Assembly: GCA_045837725.1 (NCBI GenBank)
Contig: JBEWZL010000213.1
Span: 124,001 to 188,000 of the forward strand
Source: Vermamoeba vermiformis
Taxonomy: Eukaryota
Direction of reading: 5' to 3'
DNA: 64,000 bases
Shown: piece after piece, positions 1 to 10,639 of the stretch
Numbering within the stretch: position 1 is the stretch's first letter
How the letters are laid out: every line of letters starts with the position of its first letter
The notes under the pieces: generated by a model
Databases searched by the model: none
Told to the model about the DNA's origin: nothing
Seen by the model: only the letters and a program-made list of their open reading frames with translations
Program-made: the position numbers and the translations under genes

Positions 1-78
1 CAAATGTAAAGATAAGACTATTATTTGATAATAAAGAGAGAATGATTTATTTACGGGTTTACAAGTGTATTTATATTT

Positions 79-188
79 ATCGTGGGGAAGATCCCACGAT
101 TCACAGAATTAGGTACGCTCGTGCGTACCATGGCATCAGCGTGCGTACCAGGGATGCACGCTGATACCAATATTACGAGCAAGCTCGT
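79..188. repeat. cluster of four adjacent inverted repeats (hairpins)
   Basis: ATCGTGGG/CCCACGAT (79-100); GGTACGC/GCGTACC (112-129); TGGCATCAGCGTGCGT/ATGCACGCTGATACCA (131-169); ACGAGC/GCTCGT (175-188). Confidence 0.8.
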
Positions 189-215
189 TACAATATACAA
201 AGTAGATGTTTTAGG

Positions 216-929
216 TTATTAAGACCTATCGAAGAAATTGAACGTCTGGATCTGGAAGATTTGGAGCCCTTGTTCTTGGAGCTCATAGTGAATTCATACA
301 TCGTCATTCAACACGATCTTGTTGTGAACTTCTCCGATATTTGGCGCGGTGCAGCTGCAAACGAAAAGATTCTGCAAACCAAAGTGAAAATTCCACGTCA
401 CTTTGACATAGTTACAAGAGACCAATTAAGACTTAACTTACTCACGAGAGCTTGCAAGAAGGACTTACTGCGAGTCAAGTGCACTGGCAAGAACGACGTT
501 GACTTACGAACCACTTATGGCTCAGTACAAGTGTCACCATTGCACGAGTCATTTTCTATCATGACAGTGTTTGATTTGCATCTCGAAGCTTCAGTCGACG
601 AGCCTCTTGTTGTAGTTGAGGAAAAAGGCTCGCGCAAGAGAAAAGCTGTCAGCGGTACTTTGCCGAACAAAATCGCCAAGATCAACAGACCAAAAAAATT
701 GCTCAATATTACTAACACGAGAAGTGCGGTGGGTTCCAATGCGACCGTCAAAGCGTCAGATATTTACAAGTGGTACAACGACGTTCGGGCTTTGGAGTTT
801 GAAAACTTTTTGACCGTGTTCTCGTACTTCACGAACAAAGACATCGAATGGGATGCGCAGACCTATAGCGAAAACAGCGAGAATGGACGCAAGATGAGCT
901 CCTTAGAGCATGTCCAAATTTGGTGCTAA
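216..929 (+). CDS. 3' exon of a hypothetical protein; gene starts upstream of the window
   Basis: A TTTTAG acceptor ending at about 215 opens the frame of ORF 261..929. The protein has a basic RKRK patch and no recognisable family. Confidence 0.55.
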   Translation, partial: LLRPIEEIERLDLEDLEPLFLELIVNSYIVIQHDLVVNFSDIWRGAAANEKILQTKVKIPRHFDIVTRDQLRLNLLTRACKKDLLRVKCTGKNDVDLRTTYGSVQVSPLHESFSIMTVFDLHLEASVDEPLVVVEEKGSRKRKAVSGTLPNKIAKINRPKKLLNITNTRSAVGSNATVKASDIYKWYNDVRALEFENFLTVFSYFTNKDIEWDAQTYSENSENGRKMSSLEHVQIWC

Positions 930-1074
930 TGTCACGTGCTCAACTTGCCCAGTACTTGACTCCAACTTTCGAACCCTTGTGTCGACCTGCAACGCTTGGC
1001 CAATAATCTATATTGTTTGTATCTTTGATTGTATGCAATAATAATAATAATTAATTTACATTAGCAAAATAAAA

Positions 1075-2978
1075 TTAGCGCTTCCGTGCTAACATCGGAT
1101 CTTCTTCGTCGCCTTCGACGTCATCTTCAACAACCTCGATCACACTGTTCTTGCTCTTTTGCTTCGTGTTGTCCATAGATACACTGACGTCTCCGCCCTC
1201 TTCTTTAACATCGCTGGATTTGCCCTCTTCATCATCACTGTCCGCGTCTGGGATGGCGTAATCACGCACCGTCGGTGTTGCATTGTTCCGCTCTTGTTGG
1301 TAGTTAACGTAAATGATTGTTCGTAGCATGTCCAATGCAGCACTGCGTGTCCAAGGCTTAGCAATAAATACCACCAAGACCAGGGCCAAGACAACTGCGC
1401 CCATGAACGAGAAAACCCACCACGGAAATTGTCGCGATGGGTAATCGAACAAAAAGCACAGAGCTCCAATGATCTCGGCAGCAGTGCGACCGCCATTCGG
1501 ACTATATATTCTATTGTCGACTATCAATGTTGGACTCGAAGTGATCTGAAAATGCGTAGGTAAGCAACGCGCGGATCTATCACTTGCACCAACACTTACT
1601 CGATAATTAGCTACTTGACGAGCAGACTCTTCGAGCATTGCTGATCCCTTGCCATTGTGAACGCAAGCCTAAATGTAGATTAGCAATATGAATCTTAATC
1701 AGGTAGATCCGTCGTGTGTTCTTACGGTTAAGACATCGTAATCGAGACCGTGAGTGATGGCACATGAGCGGACATTAAGAGGAATGGTGCGGTAGCTAAG
1801 ACTCATGCAGTACAAGAACGGCATGTAGACACGATAATCAGGGTACTCGCTCACCGCACATGTTTCGTACAGATCACCTTCGACTTCGGCAGATCTGGCA
1901 AAAAAAAGGTCAGCCAATTTCATTGCCAAAATAAATAAGACACAATTCAAATATGGGTAAAAAGACGGCTGTACTTTCTGCGGCAGAAAAGAAAAAAAAA
2001 AAAAAAAGAAAGAGGCCGCACCCGGAATTGAACCGGGATCCTCGGAATCAAAATCCGATATAATAGCCATTATACTATGCAGCCCTTGTTGGAGGTGGCG
2101 TTTTCATTTTTTTCACTCCCGTCGCTACGCGCTACCAACAGCTGCTTACCCGTGCATTGAATCGAATCCCATCGGCTCTGAACTGCTCTTCGTCACTATG
2201 AATGACAAGTGGAAGTCGACAACGTCTCCTAGAGCCTCCATCACACCCTTCCATGACAATAGAAAGGCAGCACCGTACGGAGCTAGTGATCTATTAGCAC
2301 GTGTCACTAGTCAAGTTTTCGTACTTACATTTCGACATTATGAATAATTGTGCGTATAACTGCATGCCGATTAGTCATGTGCTTATATTTTCATTATTGC
2401 ACTTACCTTTTTAATCTTGGGCACGTTACATTTGTCTACTTCAAACTCCGATAAGTTCTTTGGCGTGAAGTACTCGCCACAGTACCATAAGCAATCTCCG
2501 CAGACAGATTTTTCTCGTGAATCAGTGCCATCGCATTTGCAGTCGCTCTCCCAGAGATTGTTACAGCTACACTTCGTACTGTTGGGTTGAATACACGGTC
2601 GTTCGGATAAGTTCCCACGAGGGAGAATAGGAATATCATCTTCTTCTAAAGATGATCCCTCGAGTGCTGTATATTCATTAGCATTGGGTAAGTTTAAACA
2701 CGTTTCGAAATTGACGATCCGATTTTTATTTTCAATATTTGTAATAATTGAAATAACTACCGCATTAAATTTAGCTCTGTGTATAATGTTATTATTGCGT
2801 CATATTTGAAATTTTGAGGTAAGTAAGCTATTGAAAATTATTATTAATTCGAATGTGGTGGCCAGCCAACTGCTGTACGCCTAAAATTGCGCTTACCAGG
2901 ATCAAATAATTCTTGTTGTGATGAGAATACGATTGAACAGATAAATACAACCAAGATAAGCAATTTTGATTTCCGCAT
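1075..2978 (-). CDS. GILT-like (lysosomal thiol reductase, thioredoxin fold) type I membrane protein, 7 exons
   Basis: The spliced product has a signal peptide (MRKSKLLILVVFICSIVFS), a Cys-rich segment, then LFIMSKSPYG...VDFHLSFIV...FDSMHGSAEVEGDLYETC...FLYCM...ACVHNGKGSAMLEES...SSPTLIVDN, a TM helix and an acidic tail. This matches the GILT motif pattern. All introns are GT-AG. Confidence 0.75.
1987..2011 (-). terminator. oligo-T Pol III terminator of tRNA-Gln
   Basis: A long T run lies immediately 3' of the tRNA on the minus strand. Confidence 0.75.
2013..2084 (-). tRNA. tRNA-Gln (anticodon UUG), intronless
   Basis: Minus strand reads GGCTGCATAGTATAATGGCTATTATATCGGATTTTGATTCCGAGGATCCCGGTTCAATTCCGGGTGCGGCCT: 72 nt cloverleaf, anticodon stem TCGGA/TCCGA, T-loop GTTCAATTC. 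Confidence 0.95.
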
Positions 2979-3253
2979 CTTGTTTGCGCTTGTTCGTAAA
3001 TCGCCAATAAAGATATAAATAATATATATTACAATCTGTACATAATTACAATATGAAATGTGTTGTTTGCCTCGAGAGCTTTGTCGTGTTGAAACAGGAA
3101 ATTTGTCCTGCACGCTAGCACGTGACTATGAATTCTGTTTATTTACAGTATGTACAATATGAAGAGCCATAACGTGCACTTAAGCACCTTGGTCCCTTCG
3201 AGTTTTTTTCACAATTACTTCCTTAGAAGCACGATGGCTGCCCTGTTTGTTGA

Positions 3254-4114
3254 TCAACGAAGAACAGAGTACGCGCTAAGCTCGGGTGAGGAAAAGGAAG
3301 GCAATTTCAGCTTTGTTGCCACAGATCTGGCAGCGTACGTTAGTCATTAACTCTTTTATCGTATCAATTGCTTTGTGTCGGTACGTACTCTCTTGGACCA
3401 TAGATCTTGATCTGTCGAATGTGCGTGTCACGGCCGTTTTGGTGATTAGAGATGATAGCTACCTGAACCAAATTGGTTTTCAGTGTGGCACCGCTGTTGA
3501 ATATATTGTTATTAAACGCTTTAGAATGTTACAACCATCACGGATGACTTACTTAAGCTGAGTCAAAGGCACAGTCACCCAATCGACAGGTGCTTCAAGC
3601 TCGATAACCTTGATCTCCTATAAACGAATGCTCATAAGTCACGAGCTCATATATTGACGTTAGACGAGATTCGACGCACTTGTAAGTCATGGAAGGTTGT
3701 GCCAGAGCGGATGGAGATCTTGCTGGGAGTGTAGCTTTCGTCAAGCTTGAAATTGGCGTAAAAGCATATTTCCTTCAACACAAATATTAAAATTGTACAT
3801 TTGCTATACGTGTGGCACTTACCTCAACGTTCATGCGCTTGTTGAATTGAATATTGATGAAATGTGGTTGCGCGCCATCCGATCTGCACGAAATATTTAA
3901 ATATCCAGCAATTAAAAATGGCCAATATTTTTCCTTACTGCCAATAAGTATCTAAATTATCGTCCCTTAGTTGTTCTACTCCAAAGCCGGGTTTGGCACT
4001 TGATAACGACCACACAGCTTGATCGCCAATTTCCTGTTTGTTCTTCTTTGTCTCTGACGAGAAGTTCAACATCGTGTCATCGTTTGTTATAGATTTGAAG
4101 AGAAAGTGAGCCAT
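3254..4114 (-). CDS. APC10: anaphase-promoting complex subunit 10 (DOC1)
   Basis: Spliced translation gives [45 protein letters not shown] and ends [13 protein letters not shown] (IR-tail-like). The ORF track misses it because the exons are short. Confidence 0.93.
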
Positions 4115-4331
4115 CGTAAGTTAACTTAAGTTACAAAGCTGTAAAAGTACGTGCTGTGTTCGTGGCTAAATTGAAGGAGTAATTTTAAATGAAAAAACGG
4201 CTAGCTGGTCCCTGACACGAGGTATTGGAGTTATCATTCACGTCAAGACGAAATCGTTATTAACGATAGTAATTATCGATTGTACAGCAATTAGATTTTA
4301 GAATTTTTTATATTGCGAATCTTGATCAGAT

Positions 4332-5105
4332 TTAGTTCTTTACAGCAAACTTGCGAGGACCGAAGTGTTGGAGTCTCTTCTTTTGTCTCAAAGTCATCTT
4401 GGCTTCCTCAGAAGGCAACAATCTTCTGCGCAAAGTTCTGGTCAATTTGGGGCGGAGATCGAGGGGCTTTCTCTTGGCCTTCTTGAAGTGGTTCTTCAAC
4501 TCAGCACGTTGAGTTTCGTTGTAAACGGTCAAGGTGCGGGCAATAGAGCGTCTGATATCCTTACTGAAAAATAAATTGGTCAGATACGATCGAAACAACA
4601 CAATAATAACCAACAATAATCTTTTAAAAATCTAATAATCATTAAATTAATTTCTACCACTATACTGGTGGTACTTACATCTTGGCGAGCTTGGAGGGAG
4701 CACCAGCGGTGACCTTAGCAACGCGGTGTTGAGCCAACTCGTTCTTCAAGTCGGTCACTTGCTTAAGCAACTCCTCTCTGTTCTTCTTTCTCAATTCAAA
4801 AGACTTAACTCTGGCTGTAATAAATTATTAATAACTGAACCAAATACAAAAGGAAATAATAATTATCATTGTAATTATTGATCAAAAAATTACACCGGTC
4901 ACGATAATATAATAGAATCCATGTGCATGCAAGTTACAATTGGAAATAATGCATAGAATAATTATTAATCATAAGTTGATCAAATATCACTCGTTGAATC
5001 TTGATGCATCAAATCTCGTGGATTGCAAAGTGACCGGTCTAAATCCATTATTCTACGTAAACGCTGGCAATAGGCCTAATATTGGCGCTAACGATATTTA
5101 CCCAT
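4332..5105 (-). CDS. RPL35: 60S ribosomal protein L35 (uL29), 3 exons
   Basis: ATGG|GTAAAT at 5105; exon 2 encodes [45 protein letters not shown]; exon 3 encodes [16 protein letters not shown]...PRKFAVKN. Confidence 0.96.
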
Positions 5106-5336
5106 CGTGCTGTGCTGTAATAGGCTACGTTCGGGAACGAAGTGAGGAATGAAACGAAAACCAAAAAATCTGGTTTATAAAGTTGATAAAAGTTTCTGAC
5201 CAATCATAGCAGTTCTTGATGTCGAAGTTCAAATTTTCACGTTCAGTGCTTCTTATTTTATCCGCGAAGTGCCAAAGTTGTACTCCGGCACCACGAAATT
5301 CGAGCACTTTCATCTCAGTCCAAACAAGGATCAGAT

Positions 5337-7756
5337 ATGTTGCAATCCGCTAGATCTGCGTGGCGTTGTTTTTCTAAAGTAACTCACCGAGTGAATTGCG
5401 CTAGTAATATATGTGTCAGGTCAATATTTACTCACGGAGTAAACTCTGGTGGTGGCTCACGTCAGATCGCGCGACGAAAAAATAATAATTTAACTACGCG
5501 CGTGCTTGGAAATTTTAATGCTATCACAAGGGGTACGTTGCAGTACTTTTAGTGTTTGTACTATATTTAAATAATTTTCTAAAATTCAGAGTGGTCATAT
5601 TACCGGTTGCAGATTAGCACATACTCTACAGACACCGTGGGCGTGGATTTTTCAACAAGTATGTCCCCTTTGCTAACGTAATCAAAGAGCGAGACTAACC
5701 AGAAGTTTAGTGACAACTAATGATGCCATTAAGCACATCAGCTCCGTGGTGAAAGGGGTTTCAAGGCTTAAGAAAGAACAAGAATCCGTATTAAAACAAT
5801 TTTGTACAGTAATATTTGAACGTGCAGAGAAGGGAGATGTAGAGGCACAAGTTGTTTTAGGTGAGCTCAACACGCTTTTAACCAGCTCGTGCTAATTCAT
5901 GAATGAAGGCCTGATTTACAGCAGAGATAATGTGACATTAGAAGATGCATTATTTTGGCTGAAGAAGGCTGCAAAAAGTGGAGATGCATTTGCGCAGTAC
6001 GCTGCAGGAGTTATTTTATTGTCTGGATCTTCCGCTAGCTTGTTCGAAAGCGAATCACTTGAAAAGGTATGCTTTCGTATATATATCGCATGTTCTTACA
6101 GACTTGAATAGAAAACGAACCATTACTACATCGACGTCGATAACCTTGACTCGTTCTTCGGTCTGACATCCGAGACTGGCACGAAGAAAGGCGAAAAGAA
6201 ATTTGACTTTGCTACTTGGTTGAAGAACGAAAGAAAGAAGATAATTAAGGACAAAAAGAAGAAGGCCAAGTCCGCTGAATGTAAGTATTGAACAAGCTTC
6301 TCTAATTGTAAACTGATCGCGTGTTTCAGGTGGTACTGAGGCGCCGAAGAAAACGTTTGAGGCAAATCCCGAAGCAGGAATAAAACTATTGACGAAAGGT
6401 GCCGATCAAGGGCATTTGGATTCTCAGTTAGCTGTAAGTACAAGACTGATCCATTGGTCGGTAGATCGACCTCGATTGAAACTAACATTTTGCTAGCTTG
6501 CCTATTATTTAATGAATCCAGAAAATGCGCTGCATAATGAAACAAAATCGTTGAAGTTCTTCGAAAAAGCAGCTGATCAACATAACAGTATCGTGGCATT
6601 AAGCGAGCTTGGCAACTATTATTTTAGATTAAGCGAAGAAGCATCAGGAGAAGAAAAATCCAAAAATGCCAAGAAATCAATACAATACTTCGAGAGGGCA
6701 TCGAAGTTGGGCGATAATCAAGCCACGTACTGGTTAGGTAAGTTAAATTTAAAAACCAGGAACTCAACGGATCGATCCGCTTACTCTTCGATTAGGATAC
6801 GTGTATCATCAAGGAGTAGGTGTAACAGCTAATATCGAGAAGTCGTTAAAGTGTTTAGAAGAAGGTACGTCCTTTATTCAAATTGGTTCTACCGATCTAA
6901 CGGCACGTGTTTTAGCTGCGAGCCAAGGAAATCGAGACGCGCAGTATTATCTCGCGCTAATGTATAGAAATGGCGAAGGTGTTGCCGTCGATGCGAAGAA
7001 AATGTTGGAGTATTTAAAGCAAGCAACCACTGGTCCCGAGCCACACGTGGAAGCACTCTCCTTATTGGGAGATATGTATTATTATGGCACGTCTATTACG
7101 GATGTAGACTTTACGACTGCTCTCGATTATTACAAACGTGCCGGACAATTAGGCGATGGAGACTCATTATGCAAGACGGTAAGTCCTCACAACCTTTCGG
7201 TTCAGATCCCAAGTCAAAATATATGAAAGTGTGTTATTGATATACGAGCACTTACTAACTCGAGGTCTTATAGGGGGTTATGTACTTCCATGGCTACGGT
7301 ACTGAACAGAGCTATGAGAAGGCTTTTTACGCATATCAAAATGCCTCGCTGCATGTAAGTAATTGGCAATTACTGTAAGGCGCCTTTTACAGTTAATAAC
7401 TCGTATATGCTGATAGAATAATGTCAATGCACTACGAAACTTAGCACATATGTACGAGCTTGGACTGGGCGTTCCAGTGAGGTACAGATCTAAATTCAAT
7501 TTCAAACATATTGAATCTTTAAATAACGATATACCTGTTTAGCGAGGAGAACGCGAGATATTGTCGCCAGAAGGCTATGGAGCTTGAGACTGGAGATGAT
7601 CAAGGAAGTCAATCCGGCCAGATCTTGGCTGGGATATTGAGCGACATGCAAGGCAACTTGCTCGATGTCGACGGAGAAGTAAATATTAAAGAAGGCGAAG
7701 AAAATATAGCCGAAGATCCAGAAGCAGCTGAAGACGAAAAAGGCGAAAAGAAATAA
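5337..7756 (+). CDS. Sel1-like repeat protein, probably mitochondrial
   Basis: Multiple SLR repeats (AAKSGDAFAQY, AASQGNRDAQYYLALMYRNGEGV, ALSLLGDMYYYG) and an Arg/Ser-rich, acid-free N-terminus resembling a transit peptide. Confidence 0.85.
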
Positions 7757-8262
7757 ATCAACGCGACGGAAGCGCTCCCATTTATCCAAGTTGAGCGAGG
7801 TACTTTCTTGATTATGACCGTATTCCATGACAACTAATTATGCGATTAGACTTATTAATGTTGGATATCAGCGTCAAATCAACTTATCGTGGATTACATC
7901 CCGCAGGAGGGGAATTCGCGTGTTAATTGGGTATCTTTGTAAGGTAAGGCGACCTACTTTTAGCAGAGATAAATAATATTGATTCACAACTCTCCCACGT
8001 AATTTTAAACATAACTATAAATTTATAAATATAAATTTCAGTTTGATAGTCGCGCGACTTTATGGATATCTAATGTCGATCTTTTCCCATTAAAAGTTAC
8101 AGTTACCTTAAAAGGCAAATTTTTGACGAAGTCTTGGCAAAGAAGATAAATACACTTTCGCGTGCACTATTATTTAAATTGTTTGCTAGTAACAGTTTTA
8201 ATAACCTGCAATGCAGTCAAGTTATTTTGAATGAGAAAAATGATTACGGTACTGGATGTGGC

Positions 8263-10387
8263 AAAAATCTTTATTATATTTTTAGCTCAGGTCAAAATCC
8301 AAACAAAGCAATCATGATGATCGTTGTGACGCGTTACATCACACGTGTCTTTAAGGGATAAATAACATTTTTTACATTGCTTAATTTCTTAATACCGTTT
8401 ACCTTAATACCACAATCGTTATTCTGAAATGCGCCAAACCACTCTTAAACGACAGTGTAAGGCGCTCCTATTGCCACATTGTATTGTGCATTAACATTTT
8501 TATTAGTTAGATTGATATGCATTCAATGCAAGGTATTCTCGGCTCAATCGTACAGCCCATCTCATCGAAGTATCTTGTGCCACCGTTGCCACATTTACAT
8601 TGGAACTCCTGCTTGCAAGGTAAGACGAATAAAATGATTTAAATCCAAAGCTTTAGTTGACAGCTGCGCAGTTTTGCCATGGAGAAGACACCCAAGCCCA
8701 CCAACCGAAGGGCGGGCGATGGCTTTGTAATACTTGTGGTAGAGTGTCCACTTTTCGCAGTATGCGTAAGTTAAACGTAAATAAGTTCCACGCAAATTCT
8801 GAAATTTCCGCAGCGACAAAGGTTGAAAAGCGACGCCTTGAAGGAGAACGCAAGCTCCAGCAAATGATGCCTCCGTGCAAATCGATCTCTAAGCATGATG
8901 ACCGCGAAACTTCAGGAAGCGCATCAATTTCAACATGTTCCAAGGGATCGGAGCCAGTTTGGCAAAATGATAACAAGAATAACAAGAATTTCTCCATTTA
9001 GTAAGTATTTGCAATCGATATCTTTGATACGATTTTAATCGTTCCTTTATATAGTGACCGCAACAATACATTGCAAGGGTTAATTAACACGGTGGATCAA
9101 TCCGCTAAGAATCGTAACGTCGATTTCAACGTACAGGAGTTCCGAAACAAGCTCGAGCAAGTGATTTGCGGTATTGATGTCATAACGGCTGTAAGTTTGA
9201 TGACTATCAAATTGCCGTGTTCCGTTTGTAACCAAAGTGGATTTCATCAGGCGCCACTAAAAGACTTGGCGAGCGCGGCGGAAGAAGCTCTATTTACATG
9301 TCGTATAATCGAGCTTATTCAAGCTGTTACGAGACTATCGACTACCCGCAAAGACGTAATTAGCATTTTAGCCATGATTATGAATTTTTCATCCGTTCGC
9401 GGGGCTTTGAAGTCCGCGGACGCGGATTTCCTCCAAGCGGTCAACATGGCGGTAAGCTAAGGTCCTATAAATATGTTGCCCTATTTCGTAATTAGGTAAA
9501 AATATTTTGAACTAATTTGGTAAATTTTAGCTTCAGCAGTACCCGCACCATCCAACGGCGATTTTAACATGCGGATTTTCCGTTCGTCTGCTTAATTAGT
9601 TTGTATTTTGTCGCATCTGTAATCGATTGATTTATGCTTTCCCGTTTTGTTAATAATAAAGTCATTTTCTTCCAAATACGCAAAATCTTTATTTAGCTCA
9701 GGTGTCAAAGTCCAAAAAAAGAAATCATGATGATCGTTGCAACGCGTTACATCACACGTGTTTTTAAGGATAAATATCATTTTTTTGAGTGAGCTTTCAA
9801 TTTCTTAATACCGTACCTTACCTCCGCAATCGTTTTTCTGAAATGCGCCAAATCCCTCTTAAACGACAGTGTAAGAAAGTCCAACTCCCACATTGTATTA
9901 TGCATTAACAGTATTATTATCTTTTTAGTTCGATTGAGATGCATTCATTGCAGATTATTCTTGGCTCAATCGTACATCCAGGCTCATCAAAGCATCTTGT
10001 GCCACCGTTGTCACCTTTACATCGGAACTCCTGCTTGCAAGGTAAGACGAGCGAAACGATTTGAATCCAGGCTATGATTGACAGCTGCGCAGATGTGCCA
10101 TGGAGAAGACACCAGAGATCACCAGCTGACGAACGGACGATGGTTTTGTAATACTTGTTGTATTACGTTCACTTTTCGCAGTTTGCGTAAGTTACACTTA
10201 GGTAAGATCCACTCAAAATCTGAAATTCCTACAGCGAGAAACGCTCAGAAGCGACGAGGCCTTCGTCGTTTGCAAAAGATGCTTCCTCCATGCAAATCGA
10301 TCCCTAAGCGTGACGACGACGACACTCCAGGAAGCGCAGCAATTCCAATCCGTTCCAAGCCATCGGAACCAGTTTGGCAAAATGATA
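8263..10387 (+). repeat. diverged direct duplication (~8263-8970 and ~9681-10387)
   Basis: Collinear shared blocks include TTTAGCTCAGGT, ATCATGATGATCGTTG, ACGCGTTACATCACACGTGT, GGAACTCCTGCTTGCAAGGTAAGACGA and CCAGTTTGGCAAAATGATA. Confidence 0.92.
8429..9599 (+). CDS. zinc-ribbon protein with four CxxC motifs and a helical C-terminal region (copy A)
   Basis: Spliced: MRQTTLKRQFRLICIQC...LCHRCHIYIGTPACKFCHGEDT...RWLCNTCGR; continues through GT-AG introns into ORF 9071..9460. Confidence 0.65.
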
Positions 10388-10419
10388 CAAATGGATTTGT
10401 GCTTTTCCTGTTTTGCTAA
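9843..10419 (+). CDS. zinc-ribbon paralog (copy B), C-terminally truncated
   Basis: Same exon structure as copy A, with CIHC, CHRC, CKMC and CNTC; stops after PVWQND. Confidence 0.6.
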
Positions 10420-10639
10420 TAAAAAAGATTTTATTCCAAATAAGCAAAAGAACGTTCTTCGCTAATTACCTTATTTACCCGTCGGAAATTCGGAGGAAAT
10501 AAAAAAGGCGACAGGAAAGATTGCCACGACAATTAAAGAAATCAGAATAAGCACGAGCTTGTTCCTATTTTAGTAATTGCACTGAAATAAGTACAAACGA
10601 ACAATCTCGGATAAAAGAACGCCGGCACTAAATGTAGCT

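Noticed and set aside
1699..2070. ORF beginning inside the tRNA
   Set aside because: It reads through the tRNA, poly-T and intron; only 1726-1894 is a real exon.
2881..2896. Possible 16-nt micro-intron GTAAGCGCAATTTTAG
   Set aside because: Using this acceptor leads to a stop, whereas the acceptor near 2667 gives the continuous GILT-like frame.
8314..8427. Possible C/D snoRNA (ATGATGA...CTGA, present in both duplicates)
   Set aside because: There is no conserved terminal stem or recognisable guide, and the D box abuts the start codon. Promoter/UTR conservation explains it.
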